Assembly: GCA_004431415.1 (NCBI GenBank)
Contig: QPMI01000601.1
Location: 124,001 to 188,000 of the forward strand
Direction of reading: 5' to 3'
Source of the DNA: Cyanophora paradoxa CCMP329
Taxonomy: Eukaryota > Plantae > Glaucophyta
DNA length: 64,000 nt
Shown: positions 25,040 through 37,765 of the stretch, one piece after another
Position numbering within the stretch: position 1 is the stretch's first letter
Layout: each line of letters begins with the position of its first letter
Position numbers and translations under genes: made by a program
The notes under the pieces: generated by a model
Seen by the model: only the letters and a program-made list of their open reading frames with translations
Databases searched by the model: none
Told to the model about the DNA's origin: nothing

Positions 25040-26880
25040 CAGCGCGCTCGAGGCGCTGCCGGACGCGCTGCTGCTCCGGGTCGTCCTCCTCGCGGCGGCG
25101 CCCGAGGGCCGCCCGAGCCCGTTCTGCATGGACCGCGAGCCCGAGAACTTCGACCCGGAGCTATCGATCGAGGCCGGCGCGCGCGCCGCCGACCCGGAGC
25201 GCTAGCTCGCCCCGCCCCGCGAGGCGGACCCGCGGCGCCTCGCCGCCCTCAGAGCCGTCTCCCGCCGCCTCCGCCGCGTCGCCTCCGACCCGAGCCTCCT
25301 CGAGCGGCTCGCGCTCCGCTGCCGCCTCCCCGCCGCCGGCGGGCCCTCCCCGGCCGTCGCCTGGCTCTGCGGCCTGCCTGAGGCGGAGCTGGCGGGGGTG
25401 CGGGCGCTGCGGCTCGTGCTGGAGGGCCGGGGCCCGCCCTTCGACGAGGCGGAGTACCTCGCCCTGGACGAGGCGGAGCGGGACGCCTACGGCTGGGAGG
25501 CGCCCCGGGTCGACCCCGACCTGCCGCTCCTCGCCGCCTGCCGCCCGCTGCGGGCCGGGCTGGAGGAGCTCGACGTGGACGCCCGCGCCTGCTCCTTCGC
25601 CTCCGCCTCGCTCGCCGCCCTCGCGCCCCTCGCCGCCCTCCGCGCCCTCCGCTTCGCCCGCCCCGCGACCTCGTCCACGCCCGCGCCGACTGGCCGGCCC
25701 TGCGGGAGGCCCTCTCCGCCCTCGCCGCCCTGCCCCGCCTCGCCGCCCTGGAGCTGCGGCCCCTGCCCGCCCTCCCGCCGCCCTCGCCCCCTCGCCGCCC
25801 TGCCCCTCGTCACCCTCGGCGCCCGCATCGAGCCCTCGGAGGAGACCGCGCCCCTCGCGCGCTTCACCCGCCTCCGCCGCCTCGCCCTCGCCTGCAGCCC
25901 GCCCTCGGGGCCCCACGCCCCTCTCCGTCGCCCAGCTCCAGCCCCTCTCCGCCTCACCGCCCTCACCGGTCCGCCCGCCCCCACGCCCGCCCGCCCCGCT
26001 GTGCGCCGACCGCGCCGACCGCGCCGGTGCCGCCGCAGCGCTGCACCTGGGCCCCCCCGTGGCGTCCCTGGCCTTCCTCGGGCCCCTGGCGCGGCTCGAG
26101 CACGCGAGCCTGCGCCTCGCGGCGGGGGCCGACCCGGCGCCCCTCGCCGAGCGCGCGCCCCGCCTGCGCACCCTCCTCCTCGCCACCGCCGTCGGGGACG
26201 CCGCCATGCCCGCCCGCCTGCCCCTCCTCCTGCCCCACTTCTCCGCCCTCGAGGCAAGCGCACGCGCGCGCGGAACTCCGCCCGACTGACTGGCTCGCCG
26301 GTTCACTGAGTCGCCCCTCCGAATCCGCAGGGGCTGCACCTGAGCGCCCCCGTGGAGGTGCTCGCGGCGGTGGCGGAGGCGGCGGGGTGCCTGGCGGGGC
26401 TGGCCCGCCTGCGCTGCCTCTTTCTGCACCACCCCCAGCAGCGCCTCCACGATAGCGTCCCCGCCGCCTTCGTCCACGTGCGCGTGACCTTTTTGAAGGC
26501 TGTTCTAAGAAGGAGCTGGACGTAAGGGTCGTGCCCGGCAGGGCCTGGCGCTGGAGGTGCCCAGCCTGCGGGAGCTGACCTTCCTGAGCGACGCCCCGAC
26601 GTACTACCCCCCGCCGGTCCTCGCCGCCCTGCGGGGCCGCCTGGCGCGGGTGCGCGTGCCCCTCTGGGGCTCGAAGTGCTTCCCGGAGTGCGCGCGGGGC
26701 CCCTTCGAGGCGGCGCTGGGGGTGGCCTCGGAGGAGACCTTCCGGATCCGCGGCTTCCTCGCCCTCGAGCGCGAGATCCAGGCCCGCGCCCCGCGCCCCC
26801 CGGCCCCCGCCGCCGTCCGCCCCGCCCCGTCGCCCTTGGCCTCGAGCTCCCCAACGGCACCCCTAGGAGTTCCCGTAGGC
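25040..26880 (+). CDS. F-box/leucine-rich-repeat-like protein, multi-exon (approximate)
   Basis: LEALPDALLLRV (F-box-like start), then LxxLxL repeats (GLEELDVD, ALRALRF, RLRTLLL, GLARLRCLFL, SLRELTF). Confidence 0.5.
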
Positions 26881-27617
26881 CTCGGACGCGGACCCCGCAG
26901 TTGACTCGGTGAATGATGGAGCCCGCCCTTCCGACCTCGAGCTGTCCCGGCTCGGCGCCCTGGCCTGGCTCCGGATCCCGCCTCGGGCCGGCGGGACTCG
27001 GGAGCCAGCGGGCCAGCGGCGCAGCGCCGGGCGCCGCGCCGCCGCCGCGGCGCCACGCGCACGCCGCCAGCGGCGCAGCGCTAGGCTGCCGCTAGCGCTA
27101 GCGCCGGAATTCGAATCCCGCCGCGGCCGGCGCCGGAGGCCTGGCGCCGGGCGCCCGGCCGGCCGCGGAGCTCGAGCCTCGGAGTCGAGGGGCCGCCGGG
27201 CCGGCGCCGGCCCGCCGCCGGTACCGGTCCGGATCCGGCCCCGTCGAGTCGCGTCCGGGATCCGTCGCCGGACCGACGCTGGTCCGATCGACGCCGGACC
27301 GGATCGAATTCGATCGCGAAGTGCTAGCGCTAGCCTCCAAGCTCCTCTCAGAGTCCTCTGAAGCTTAAGAGAATTCGAAGAATTTTCTTCTTCTGCTTGG
27401 GGTACGGCCTTAGGCGGACTTGGACCCAGATATCGATCGATCCAGCAGATTCCAGCTGCAGCTTGGGGCTTGAAGCTTCAGGCTTGCTGAGCTTGCCCGG
27501 CCGATCCCTCACGTGGACGAGCTCCCCCGTTCAAGGCGATCCGCAGCGTGGGAGCGAAGATATATAGCTGGAAGCTGCTGGATACGTAGCGCTAGCGATG
27601 TTTGTCGCAGTCGCTCT

Positions 27618-30028
27618 ATGATCGGGAAGCGCGCGCGCGGGGAGGGCGCCGCGGCCTCGAGCCCCAGCGGTGCCGGTCGCGAGCGCCCTCCCGCGGCCGG
27701 CGGCAGCTGGACAGCCAGTTCGGGGGGCGTGCAGGCCGCGCTGGAGTCGTCCGGAAAGAGTCTCGACTTCATCGTCGCATCGCTCGACAGCCTCCACATC
27801 CTTGACGATCCAGAAGCGGACAGCGCCGCTGAAGAAGCGACCGAATTCGAAGACGATACCGATGCGCAACGAGCGAGCGAATGCCAGCCAGCGGAGCTCT
27901 CCTGCGGCGAGCCGGCGGCGGGAGGGAGCGACGTGGGCGCTTCGCTTGCGGCGCACGGACAGGACCTGCCGCCGTTCAGGCTAAGGACGATCGAAGCCGA
28001 GCGGCTGCTCAGGGACGTGCAGGAGGCGCACGACGCGCTTGCGGCGCGGATCGCCGCGGCGGGCGAGCCGAATCCGGCGCGGGCGGGATCGAAGCCCGGA
28101 GCCGTCTCGGTTGCAGCGGACTCCCAGATCGAGGCCCTCAGGAGGGACCTCGTTTCGGTGAGAACGCAGACGCTCCTCGCGCCGCGGTTCGATTCCTGAT
28201 CGCGTCCGCCCTCGCGCGCCCAGGCGCTGGCCCGCGGCGCGCTGCTGGGGACCAGCCTCTTCTCGACGTTCGAGGGTCGCGCGCGCCTCCGCTCCTACTT
28301 CGCTACCATGCGCGAGTCGAGCCGGGGCCAGGCCGGCGCCATCGGGGCGCGCATGGTGCGCCGCCCCCTCGCGCCCCCGCGCTCGTCGCGCGCCGGAGCT
28401 CACCCCGGGGCCCCGGCCAGGCGAGCTGGGTGGCGCAGCGGCTGCAGGAGCACCTGCTGGAGCCGCTGCCGGTGCAGGGGGGGGACGAGGGCGGGCCGGG
28501 CTGGAGCGCGGCGGACGCCTCGCTCCTGCTCGACCGCTTCTTCGACTTTGTGCGGGCGCTCACGTGGCCCTGGGAGGGCCCCGGCCCCCCCCCCGACCTC
28601 TTCCTCCTCGAGCGCCGCGCCGCCGACCGCGTCCGCCGCCGCCCCCCCCCCCCCCCCCCCCCTCCCCCCCCCCCCCTTCCCTCTCCCCGCCTCCGCCCCG
28701 CCCCCCGGCGCCCCTCACCTTGCCCCAGCTGGTCCTGCGCGGCGACGACGTCTCGCTGCCCTTCGCGGGGACGCCCCTGCGCGCCAAGTTCCTCTGCTTC
28801 CGCAGCTTCGTCCGCGGCCAGGCGCGCGCGCAGGCCGCCGCCCCGCCCTTGCGCCCGCCCGCGCCGCGGCTGAGCCGCGGCGCCGCGCAGTACGGCCCCC
28901 GAGCCGACGCAATCGCCGCGTGCTACGAGGCGCGCTTGGAGCTCGCCCCCGGGCCCCGGGCCCGGCAGCACTGCGGGCTGAAGCGGGGCGGGGCGGGGGC
29001 CGCAGGCGTGGGCCGAGCTGCGGAAGCGGGGGATGGTACCCTGCCCCCTCGAGGCCGACCTCATCCTCCGCCTCGCCTACCTCTACAGTCCGCCGCACCC
29101 CCCGCCCCACCCCCCGCCGCTGCTCCGAAACCTTTCGCCGCAGTGGACGACCTCCAGCACGAGAAGGCGTCGGAGGGTGCGCCGCTTCCACCGCCGCCGC
29201 CGCCGCCGCCGCGTCCCGCGCGCCGTCGCCGACGCGGGGCACCGTGCACCTCGCCCGGCAGTGCTGGCGCAGGGGTACGTGGCGGGAGAAACGGAGCGTG
29301 AGGTGCTGGAGGGCAGGGCTCGCCTCCTGCGCATGTCGGGTATGCGCTTCTCCGCAGTTGGGCGCTCGTCTCCTCGTCTGATCGGGGGCGGGGGCGGGCG
29401 GCAGCGCTGGAGTGCATGGCGAGGAACGACGGGCAGGGCGCCGAGGCGCGCATCCGCGAGGCCCTCGCCGCCTACAAGCAGCTCGGCCCCGCCTTCCGGT
29501 CCGCCGCCCCCGTACCCCCCGGGCCCTCCCGGGCGCGGCGGCGCGCCCGCGGACCGACCGGGCGCAGGCTGCTGCGGCCGCGCGCCCTCTTCGAACTGGG
29601 CTTCGCTCTCGCTGTCCAGGGTGCGCGCGGCACACTCCCCAGGGCACCCCGCCCTCACCCCTGACCAACCCGGGGTACAGGGAGCTGGGCGAGCGTCATC
29701 GGGACCGTGCGGAGGGCCTGCGGGGAGCTCGCGGGGCTCGGGGACCCTTCCAACCCCGACGCCGATTTCATGTACCCCTTCCTGCTGTTGGCGCCCCTGG
29801 CCCCCAAGCTCTTCCTCGACGCCTGCCGCATCTTCGCCCAGATCCTGAAGGCGCGTACCCCCCGCCGGCCCGTCCGCGTATCCCCCAACCCGGCGCAGAA
29901 CACGGAGACCTCGCGCTCCGTACCCGTCCTGGCGCACCTCCTCCGGGGCTGCGCCGCCTGCGCCCGGGAGATGGGTTCGCCCCCCTCCCCCCACCCCCCC
30001 ACCCCAACCCCCCCCCCCCTCCCCCCCT

Positions 30029-30061
<33 letters not shown>

Positions 30062-30350
30062 CACCCCCCACCCACCCCACCCCTCTCCCCCCAGCACCGT
30101 CAGAACGGCGTACGCCGCGCAGGGGACGAGCGGCTGGCGCTGGCGTACTACGAGCGGGCGGCGGAGGCCTACGGGGCGGCCTTCGGGCACGTCTTCTTCC
30201 ACGAGCACCCCCGCATCCGCGCCATCGCAGGCGCCCCGCCCCGCCCCGCCCCGCCCACGCCTCTTCTCCCGCCGAGGCCCCGCGCCGCAGAGGCGCAGGG
30301 GAGCTCCGGCCGGCGAAGCTCAAGGCGCCGCGGGCCCCCGGGGCGAGGCC
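27618..30350 (+). CDS. Multi-exon hypothetical, helical-repeat-like protein (approximate)
   Basis: Coding-like exons with splice signals (LLLDRFFDFVRAL; EARIREALAAYKQL; FMYPFLLLAPLAPKLFLDACRIFAQIL). No family recognised. Confidence 0.4.
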
Positions 30351-30958
30351 CGTGGGGAGGCCCCCGGCTCCCGCCCCGCCATCGCCCCGCGCCCCGCCCC
30401 CGTGCCCCTGCTCCCCGCCCCGCCCCGGCCCCGCCGCCCCCGACCCTGCTCGCGGAGGCCGTCCTCTGGGCCCGCTCCTTCTTCCCTTTGCAGCCGGGGC
30501 CCAGCTGACGGCCCCCGGCTGACGCCCCCCGGCGCCGGCGCCCGCCCTCCTCCCTTTTTGGAGCCCAGCTCGCTGTTCTAGACGGAGGGGGCCACCCGAG
30601 GCCCCGACGTCGACGCCCCCCGGCGCCCGCCCCGCCCCCCTCTGCCCCTCCCTTCAACATCCAGCTCGCGTCTCTCCTCCATTCCTCTCTGGCACCCCTT
30701 GGAAGCCGGCGTGCCGGTTCCCTCCCCCTCTAAAATCTAGACGGAGCAGCCGTCTTAGGCTCCATGGCCACGCTTTTTTAAAAAGTAGGAAGTAGGATCT
30801 ACGTTGAGTTGTAGAAGCTGCTACTAGCGTATTTTTGAGATCCGATTGGCCACGTATTCTACGTACTATTGCAGTTCGCAGTTTGATTATCATGATCGAT
30901 ATCAGTTTTGAAGAACAGAGGGATCGGTTGGAAGTGCGGAGGGGGTGCGGGGGGCCGG

Positions 30959-33692
30959 CTACCCCTCGTCGTAGTCGAGCATGGAGGCGGGGTTGTAGCT
31001 GCTCGCCGGCCCCCCCGGCGCGCCGTAGGGCCCCCCCGGCAGCGGCAGCGCCGCCGCCCCCAGCACGGCCGCCGGGGCCGCGGGGGCCTTGGCGGGGTCC
31101 TCGCCGCCCCGAGGCCGTCGTCGTAGGCGTCGTAGTCGTCTCCGGGCGCCCCGTACGGCCCCACCGCCGCCGGTCCGGCCAACGCTGGGGGCGGCGGCGA
31201 CGGCGCCGCCGCCGCGGACGACGAGGAGGAGGAAGAGGCGGCCGGCGGGAGCGCCGGGGCCGCCTCGGACTCGTTCAGGAGTCCCCGCAGGCCCGCCCCG
31301 GGCTCGGCCCGCGGCCGCTTCGCCGGCCGCTCCCCGCACCCGAGGCCGAGGGCGAGGGCGCCGGGGGCGGCGCGGCGGACGCGGAGGAGACGCGCCTGGC
31401 CGGCGGGGCGCCGGGCCCTCCGCTTCCGCCCCGCCCCAGCTTCCCGAGCGCCTCGGCCCGAACCGCCTCGTACTCCTCTCGCACCTGGCCCCGGGGGGAT
31501 CAGAGGGGAGGGGGGGGGGATGAAAGCGGAGTGGGGTAGCTCGCTGCGGGCCTTGGCGTGGTGGGTGGCGAGCGTGGCGGCGACCTCGAGGAGCTGAGGG
31601 GGCCGCCTCGGGCGGGGCGGGGCGGGGCGGGGCGGGGCGGCGGACGGCGTCGCGGGAGACGTTGTCGGCCATGGAGCGCCGGATCTTCTCGATCACGCTC
31701 ACGTCGTTCGCCGTCGTCTGCCCCCGCCCAGCCTCAGCACGGGGGAGGGGGGAGGGCGCGGGGGCCGCGGGGGGCGGGAGGGCACCTTGTCGTCGCGGAT
31801 GCGGAGGTACTTCCACCCGCCCTTGTGCCAGTCCACGTCCCGCTCCCAGTCCCCGACCCTGCCGCCCCTAAGGACGGTACCGGGGCGGCGCGGGGCGGGG
31901 CGGGGGCGCGCGGCCGCACTCGCGGATGTTGACGCCCTCGCGGAGGGCGAAGGAGGGCCACTCGGCGTCGAAGACGCACTCCAGCACCGCCTTGCTCGCC
32001 AGCCGCGAGTCCGAGCGGAACCGCTCGAACTGGCCCCGCGCCCCCGCTCAGCAGGACGCCGGCGCGCCTCGGGGAGGGGGGACGCGCGGGCACCTGGTCG
32101 GGCGGCAGGTTGATGAACGCGAACCGGCACGGGCTCTGCGGCCGGCGCAGCTCGGGCGGAGAGGAGAGGCGAGGCGCGGGGACCGGGTCCAGGGGCGCGA
32201 AGCGCGCACCCCCCGGTTGGCGCAGCAGAGCATGAACCGCGGCTCCTTCTGCCCCGGGGGTCCCCTGCGGCAAGGCTGGGCTGGAGCGCGGAGAGACCGG
32301 AGGTGACGGCGTACCCCCAGATGGTCTCCAGCGTGAAATCGACCGTGTTCAACTCCGCCGGTTTCCACTTCAGCCTGGACGGGGCGCGGGGGCGCGGCGT
32401 GAGAGGAGCCGAGACGGCGTACCCCGCATCCCGCGCGGGGCGCGCACAGCGTGTTGTCCGTCCCGCAGAGGTACGGGGAGAAGACCTGCGGCCAGGGGCG
32501 TCGGCGCGCGCCGCCCACGGGGGTACGCCATCCCTTACAAAGACGAGGGGGTACCTTGGTGAAGATGATGCCGTCGTTGTGGTGCGGGAGGGTGGGTATG
32601 ATGTCGTCGAAGACCTGCCGGAGGTGCCGGACCTGCGCGGGGGGTACATCGAACGGGGCGGGGCCGGCGGAAGCGCAGGCGACCGGGCCGAGCGCACCTC
32701 GTACATCTCCTTGGCCACGATCCTGCGGGGCGCGGGCGGGCGGGCGGGCGGGCCCTCAGGCGGGAGGAGGGGCGCGCGGAAGGGGCCGGGGGCCGGGCGG
32801 GCGCACTTGATCTGCTCCTTCTCCTTGGAGGGCGCGCGTTCGCGCGGGGCGAGGATGTGGTTCTTGACGTGCTTCAGCCGCACGTACAGCGGGTCGTCCA
32901 TCACGCAGCGGCCCTGCAGCACCTGCCGGGCGAGAGGGGGGCGGGTCAGGGGGGCGCGGGGGGTGGCGGGATGGGGGGCGGGAGGGGACGGCGAGGGGCA
33001 CCATCATGTCGTAGATGTAGTAGCGCCACTCGTCGACCTGCGCCGCGCAGAGTCTGAGGGCGGCGAGCGGCGACGGGGCGGGGCGGGGCGCGCGCACGGA
33101 GCCGTCGGCGGACTTGTCGTACACGAGCTCGCCGTCCAGCAGCGTCTGGTCCAGCATGCCCCCGTCCCGGCTCGGGAACGAGCACTGCAAGGGGTAGAAC
33201 TTGAACTCGCGGCAGATCTGCGGGGCGCGTCGAAGTCAGCCCGGCGACGCGCCACGCGGCGCTTCGGCAGGTCGTTCGGGGCAGTGTGCGCACCAGGCAG
33301 GCGCCCCACTTGCAGATGAGGCACATGTAGCGCGTGCCGTCCGTCTTCTCGCACGCGAAGTACCGCTCCGTGAGCAGCGTCCCTGCTCCGAACGTCAGCG
33401 CCTGCGACTGCGGCCGATCCGCGGCGACGCTCACGCAGGTGCTTCGCCTCGAATGACACGGGCTGCGAGCCGGGGAAGAACGCCGGGCCCTGCGCCGCAC
33501 TGCGTGAGCGGGCGGTTCGGCGCGGCGGCGCTCGTTCATGCTAGCGGCAGGCGCGAAACCGACTGGCAGACGCGCGCTCACCTTCTCCCAGCCCATCATC
33601 TTCACGACCATCTGCTTAAGCTGAGGAATGGCATCCGGCTTGATGCCCTTCGTCGAAACGGGGGGCGGCGGGAGGTCGTGGAGCACGCCCAT
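30959..33692 (-). CDS. mRNA capping enzyme, guanylyltransferase (stand-alone), multi-exon
   Basis: FPGSQPVSF, motif I EKTDGTRY (KxDG), TLLDGELV, YYIYD, HNDGIIF, LKWKPAELNTVDF, and OB-fold W.YLRIRDDKTTAN. Confidence 0.92.
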
Positions 33693-34011
33693 GCTTGCGC
33701 TCGCCGCCCACGCCAAGCTGCGGTGCGCTCACGATCACCCTGTCGGTGTCGCAATCAATCCTGCTGGCGCGTCCGGGAAGGAAGCGCGTTCGCTGCGCCG
33801 AAACCGAAACGGGGTATGGCGGTTGGGCTACTTGGCAACAAAACCGCCAACGGCACAGGTTTCGGAAAATGCGCGGCGAAGGCGCCTGCGCGAGCGGGAA
33901 GGCGCGTTGGATTGACGAGCAGGTGCGGACACCACAGGGCAACGCCTGGTTCCCGTAGCTAACGCCCCGCCGCCCCGGCAGGAGTTCGCCGGACGAGGAG
34001 CCGCCCGCGAG

Positions 34012-36460
34012 ATGGGCTGGCCGCTCCCGGTGTCCTGCGAAGGAGAGTGTGATCGGAAGACCCTTCCTGATCGTTTCCACACGGAGTACAAGAGCCAGTT
34101 CAAGCGATTCGTGCTCTCGCCAGCTGGGCAGTCGCAGTATGCCGTCGTGCCCTTCCAGGCGTCATGCGGCTGCGACGGCGGGGCTTGCGAGATCCGTTCG
34201 GGATGCGGCTGCGGCTGCCAGCGGCGGACCACCACGCACGGAATCCCCCACAAGCCAGCGTCCCACGTCTGCCGGCAGCCGGCGCACCCAGTCCCGAAGC
34301 TCCAGCAGCCCGAGCTCTATCCAGTATACGCGCAGGAACAGGAGCGTTGCGGCTGCAGCCCGTGCTTCTGCGGCTGCGGCTGCGGCTGCGATAGCTACGA
34401 GGTCGCCGCCCCAGCGCACCAGGCCCACGACAGCTGCTGCTCGTGGGGACCCGCCTTCCGCTCCGTCGGCGTACAGCCGAGCCAGGCCGCCCCCCAGCCG
34501 CAGCCGATGCGCCCCTACGAGCCCGCGCCCGCCGCCGCGGCCCCGCATGCCGCCTACGCGCCGCAGGCGACACACCAGACCCAGCCGCAGCAGTACTACC
34601 AGGCCCAGCCTCAGCCCCAGGCCCAGCCGCAGCGGCGGGCGCCAGCGATGCCCGCGGCCCCTTCCCGCCGCCCCCTGGAGTCCGCGCGCTCGGCCCCCCC
34701 CGAGAGCGGCCCCTTCGGCTACCCGGCCGCCGCGGCGCCCCCGCCGGAGGCGGAGGGGCCGCCGGCGCCGTACACGACTGCGCCGTACGGGACAGCGCCG
34801 GCGGTGCCGCGGCCGCAGCCGCAGCCGTACCCGAAGGCGGCGGGGGCGAAGGGCCCCTCGCTGACCCCGGAGGAGGCCATCCGCATCATCCAGGCCCGCT
34901 TCCGCCGCCGCAACCGCGAGAAGGCGCCCCCGCCCCGCCCCGCCCTCCCTCTCTCCCCTGCCCGATGCTAAAGCGGGCGCAGGCGCTGCCGGCGACGCGG
35001 TCGCTGCCCGACACGACGGTGAAGCGCATGACGGGCAAGCCCGTCTTCCACAGCTACGGCCGCAAGAACACGCACCCCGCCGCAGGTCCGCCGCCCTCCA
35101 CTCCTTTCCGTCCGGCGACTTACGCCGGGGTCCGGGGGCGCAGGCCGCTTCATCAGCGGAGAGTACATGCTCACGCACAACGTGACGCCCCACGAGCAGC
35201 CCAACCGCCCCGAGCGCAAGCAGGCGCGGGCCCCCGCCCTCCTTCCCCCACGCTGCTCGCCTCACGCCGGGCCGGCAGGTCTTCGGGTCGGCGGTCTTCT
35301 CGCGGGAAAGCATGCGCAAGTACGACGCGAGCCGGCAGGGCCGACTGGTCCGCCCCGCGCCCCCCCGCCGCGCCCTCGCATCCGGGGCGCCGACGGGGGC
35401 GGGGCCGGGGGGCAGAGTCAGCTGGCGGCGGAGCACGCGGAGGCGATGCAGCGGCTGGCGGCGGTCAGCCCGCGCGTCGACACGACCCTCGGGCCCTTCT
35501 CCTGGGGCGGCGCAGGCGAGGGCGCCCCCGCCGAGGACGGTGCGCTCCGCCGCGGAGCCCGGGCCGCCCCGCGCCCCCGGCCCCGCCGACGCCGGCCGCA
35601 GAGGTCGGCCCCGCGGCCCCGGCGGACCCCGGTTTCGTGGCGAGCCAGCGCCAGGCCGCAGCGCGCCTCTCTGCGGGGCTCTCCGCCGCCCCGCGCCCCG
35701 GCGCCGCCGGCCCGGCCCCCTCGGCGGCCCCGCCCTCCAGCGCCGCGCCTCCTTCTCCTCCCTGCCCACGCAGGCCGCAGCCGGCCCCGGCCCCGGCGCG
35801 GCGGCAGCCCCCGCGTACCCGCCGCACCCGAACGTGTACCCGCGGCAGGCGGCGCCGGGAGCCCCGCCGGCGGCTGTGCGGGCGGCGTGGGGCGAGGTTC
35901 CCGGGCAGCGCCCCTCCGTCATCGCCTCCCTCGCCACCGGCGTCCGGCCCGCCCCGCACCAGCCCCAGCGCCGGCACCCGCCCCGGCCCCGGCACCCGCC
36001 CCGGCGTCTGCGTACCCTTCGCACGCACAGCCCGCCCAGTCCGTCGGTGCGGGCCCCTCGCCCGTCCCCTCCCGCGCCCCCGCGCTCCCTCACGCCCCCG
36101 CGCAGCGTACGGCGCGCCGGCCTGCGGCGGCTCCTGCCGCGGGTCCTCTGCGGGGCGCTGCCCGTGCGGCGCGGGGCGGCGGTCGGCCTCCCCCGCGCCC
36201 CCGGCGGCGGGGGCGGCCTCGGGGGGCAGCGGGCGGCTGTACGTGGTCCGCGAGTTTGCCCCGCGGCAGGCCGAGGAGCTCGACCCCAAGTTCTACAAGT
36301 GCGCCGGGCCGGCGCCGGCGCCACGGCCCCTCGCCGGCAGCGCCCTGCTGACCGCCCCCCGCAGGTACCTCCCCGCCGAGGCGACCTCGACGCTCCGCCC
36401 CGCGGGGCGCGTCCTCCCCCCCTCGTACACCGTCGCCAACACCCTCGACGAGTACGACTA
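34012..36460 (+). CDS. Cys/Pro-rich hypothetical protein with an IQ-like motif, multi-exon
   Basis: Long first exon with CGC repeats, EEAIRIIQARFRRR (IQ-like). Ends NTLDEYD* at 36460. Confidence 0.55.
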
Positions 36461-36636
36461 GCCGCCCGCAAGCGACCGGGCCGGCGCAGAGGCACCCTAG
36501 GGTCCACTTGTAGTGTTTGCGCTTCTGCTTCTGTCCATATCAAGGTTCTCTAGTAAATAGTATCTATACGCAGCTGTAGATCAGATAACCTGAGGGCCTA
36601 TCTACGCTTGAAAATAAGCTGAAGAGGGTGCTCCGC

Positions 36637-37731
36637 TCAGAACCGCACCCAGCACCGGTGGCACTCGCCCGCGCAGTCGCCTGCGCCGCAGGCGCCCCCG
36701 CCATGGTCGGCGAGGCCGCGCGAGGCGAGGCCGGGCCCCGGGGGCGCGTACCCCCGCAGTCGAGGTTGTACCCCAGCACCCTCGGCTCCCGCTTCACCAC
36801 CCCGATGAGGGTGGAGCCCTGCACGAGCGCCCGCACCCCCTCAGCCGCCGCCCCTGCGAGAAGATCTCGAGGAAGGGGCGGGGCGCGGGTTCGAACCGAG
36901 ATGCCGTAGTCGTACTCGAGCTTGACGAGGGCGCGCTTGAGGCGCTTCTCGATGTCGAGGCCGAGGACCTCGGGGAACTTCTCCACGAGGAACTTGACCC
37001 CGTCGGCGTCGAACCCGAGCTCAGAGAGGAGCGAGAGGACGCCGGCGACCTGCCCCGCCGGCGGCGCCTCGTTCTCTTTCTCCCCGCACCTGCCCGCAAC
37101 GCCGCGCCTCAGGCCAGCGGACTACACAGAGTGCCGAAAGAGAGGGGGCGGGAAACGCACCAGTAGCTCTGGTTGCTCCACCCGAAGGCGCGCGCGACGG
37201 CCGCCGCCGCCGCGCTCTCGTCCACACCACTTGCGGCAGCAACGGCCTCAACGCTCTGCTTGAAGCTCTCCGCTTCGTCTGCGAGGCAATCTTGAGCTCT
37301 CACGCGCGCGGGCGCGTGTGCCAGAAACGAGCCCAAGCCCGGCGCATGCGCACCGCCTGTGAGGGTCTCCGCGGGGTTCAGCGCCGGCGGCTTGCTCTGC
37401 AAGAGAGGGAACACAGTGAGCATTTCGGTGCTCGCCTTGGATTCGTGCGCCGCCTCAGCCACCGCCGAACGCGCGCGCGCCGCGTGCGCGTGTCGAGCAG
37501 CGAGTGCGACCGGCGCACCGAGCTTGCCGTGCAGACTAGTTCGGACCCGCTCCATATGAGCCTTCTCGCTGGCTCGAACAACCGCTGGGCGTCGGTAATG
37601 CGGGAGCTGGGTCCGCCGCGCTGTCCTCGGCGCTGGCCAGTCGCGCGCGGTCGCGAGCAGATGCTGGTACGCCAACTGAGCGTTGCGGAGCGCCCAGAGG
37701 CGGCGGGCGCTTGAGCGACGAAGGCGGACAT
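36637..37731 (-). CDS. Probable plastid-targeted mTERF-like algal protein with C-terminal Cys cluster
   Basis: N-terminus MSAFVAQAPAAS (Ser/Arg-rich transit-peptide-like), ARAFGWSNQSYW, LVEKFPEVLGLD, KREPRVLGYNLDCGG/DCAGECHRCWVRF*. Confidence 0.7.
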
Positions 37732-37765
37732 CGTCGAGGTGTACCCCCACACAGCCTCGGCCGAG

